This document shows, piece by piece, positions 17,215 to 17,393 of a stretch of 17,393 bases of DNA; within the stretch, counting starts at the first letter, position 1, and each line of letters starts with the position of its first letter. Source of the stretch: Elainellaceae cyanobacterium (GTDB lineage Bacteria; Cyanobacteriota; Cyanobacteriia; CAZCXK01); the NCBI GenBank assembly GCA_051117555.1, contig JBNPEG010000009.1, forward strand, positions 1 through 17,393, given 5' to 3'. The notes beneath the pieces were generated by a model. The model did not search any database and was not told where the DNA came from. It saw only the letters and a list, made by a program, of their open reading frames with translations. The translations under genes and the position numbers were made by a program.

Positions 17215-17268
17215 GGGTGAAGCATTTCATCAGAATCCGTGAGACAGGTCCCCAACGTGTCGGTGAAA
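17211..17268. repeat. Truncated REP hairpin downstream of RAYT (direct copy of 16452-16509)
   Basis: GTAGGGGTGAAGCATTTCATC + 30-nt spacer + GGTGAAA, 49/58 identical to the upstream copy. The right arm is cut at 17268. Confidence 0.88.
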
Positions 17269-17393
17269 GGGAGCACGTCACATTCTTGAGAGAAAAATTA
17301 GAGTAAGGCTGTAGCGATATTTTGAGGGGGCAACCATGACGCCAGAGGAACGGCAAGAACTGCTGCAATGCCGCCAACGCATCGCGGAATTGC
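17269..17393 (+). mobile_element. Left end of a probable ISKra4-family insertion sequence (partial)
   Basis: REP homology breaks abruptly at GGGAGCACGTCACATT, which resembles cyanobacterial ISKra4-type termini by recall. An ORF with a matching N-terminus follows. Confidence 0.6.
17336..17393 (+). CDS. 5' end (partial) of a probable ISKra4-family transposase, MTPEERQELLQCRQRIAEL...
   Basis: ATG at 17336 after an SD-like GAGGGGG. The 'MTPEE...L......IA.IL'-type N-terminus is characteristic of cyanobacterial ISKra4 transposases, by recall and from only 19 codons. Confidence 0.6.
   Translation, partial: MTPEERQELLQCRQRIAEL

Noticed and set aside
16451..17268. REP arms plus 30-34-nt loops as a mini-CRISPR or IS200/IS605 element with tnpB
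   Set aside because: The arms are inverted rather than direct repeats, two loops are near-identical, and no tnpB is present. The protein motifs fit RAYT.

Overview
Cyanobacterial chromosomal segment, indicated by about 30 HIP1 GCGATCGC sites (counted by eye), an Hlip gene and STRR-like heptamers. The core is ordinary: PhoX-type Tat-exported phosphatase, ABC half-transporter, N-terminally extended Hlip, ABC1/UbiB kinase, NFACT/Rqc2, remA-gmk, J-domain/TPR/membrane protein, NarM-like protein, SAM methyltransferase, GH1 beta-glucosidase and a Ca2+/H+ exchanger. Both ends are rich in mobile and repeat DNA. The left end has the 5' end of a probable IS630-type element, heptamer repeats and an unexplained self-complementary 21-bp-period array (320-573). 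The right end has a 91-bp TATAGC...GCTATA MITE-like hairpin and a second, unrelated 21-bp-period array (16289-16414). It also has a REP-associated tyrosine transposase (RAYT) with three GTAG...CTAC long-hairpin REPs: one upstream, one in frame inside the gene, and one supplying its stop codon. That last REP is cut by a probable ISKra4-family element. The two 21-bp arrays and the RAYT/REP architecture are the best candidates for undescribed biology. All calls are by eye, without database searches.
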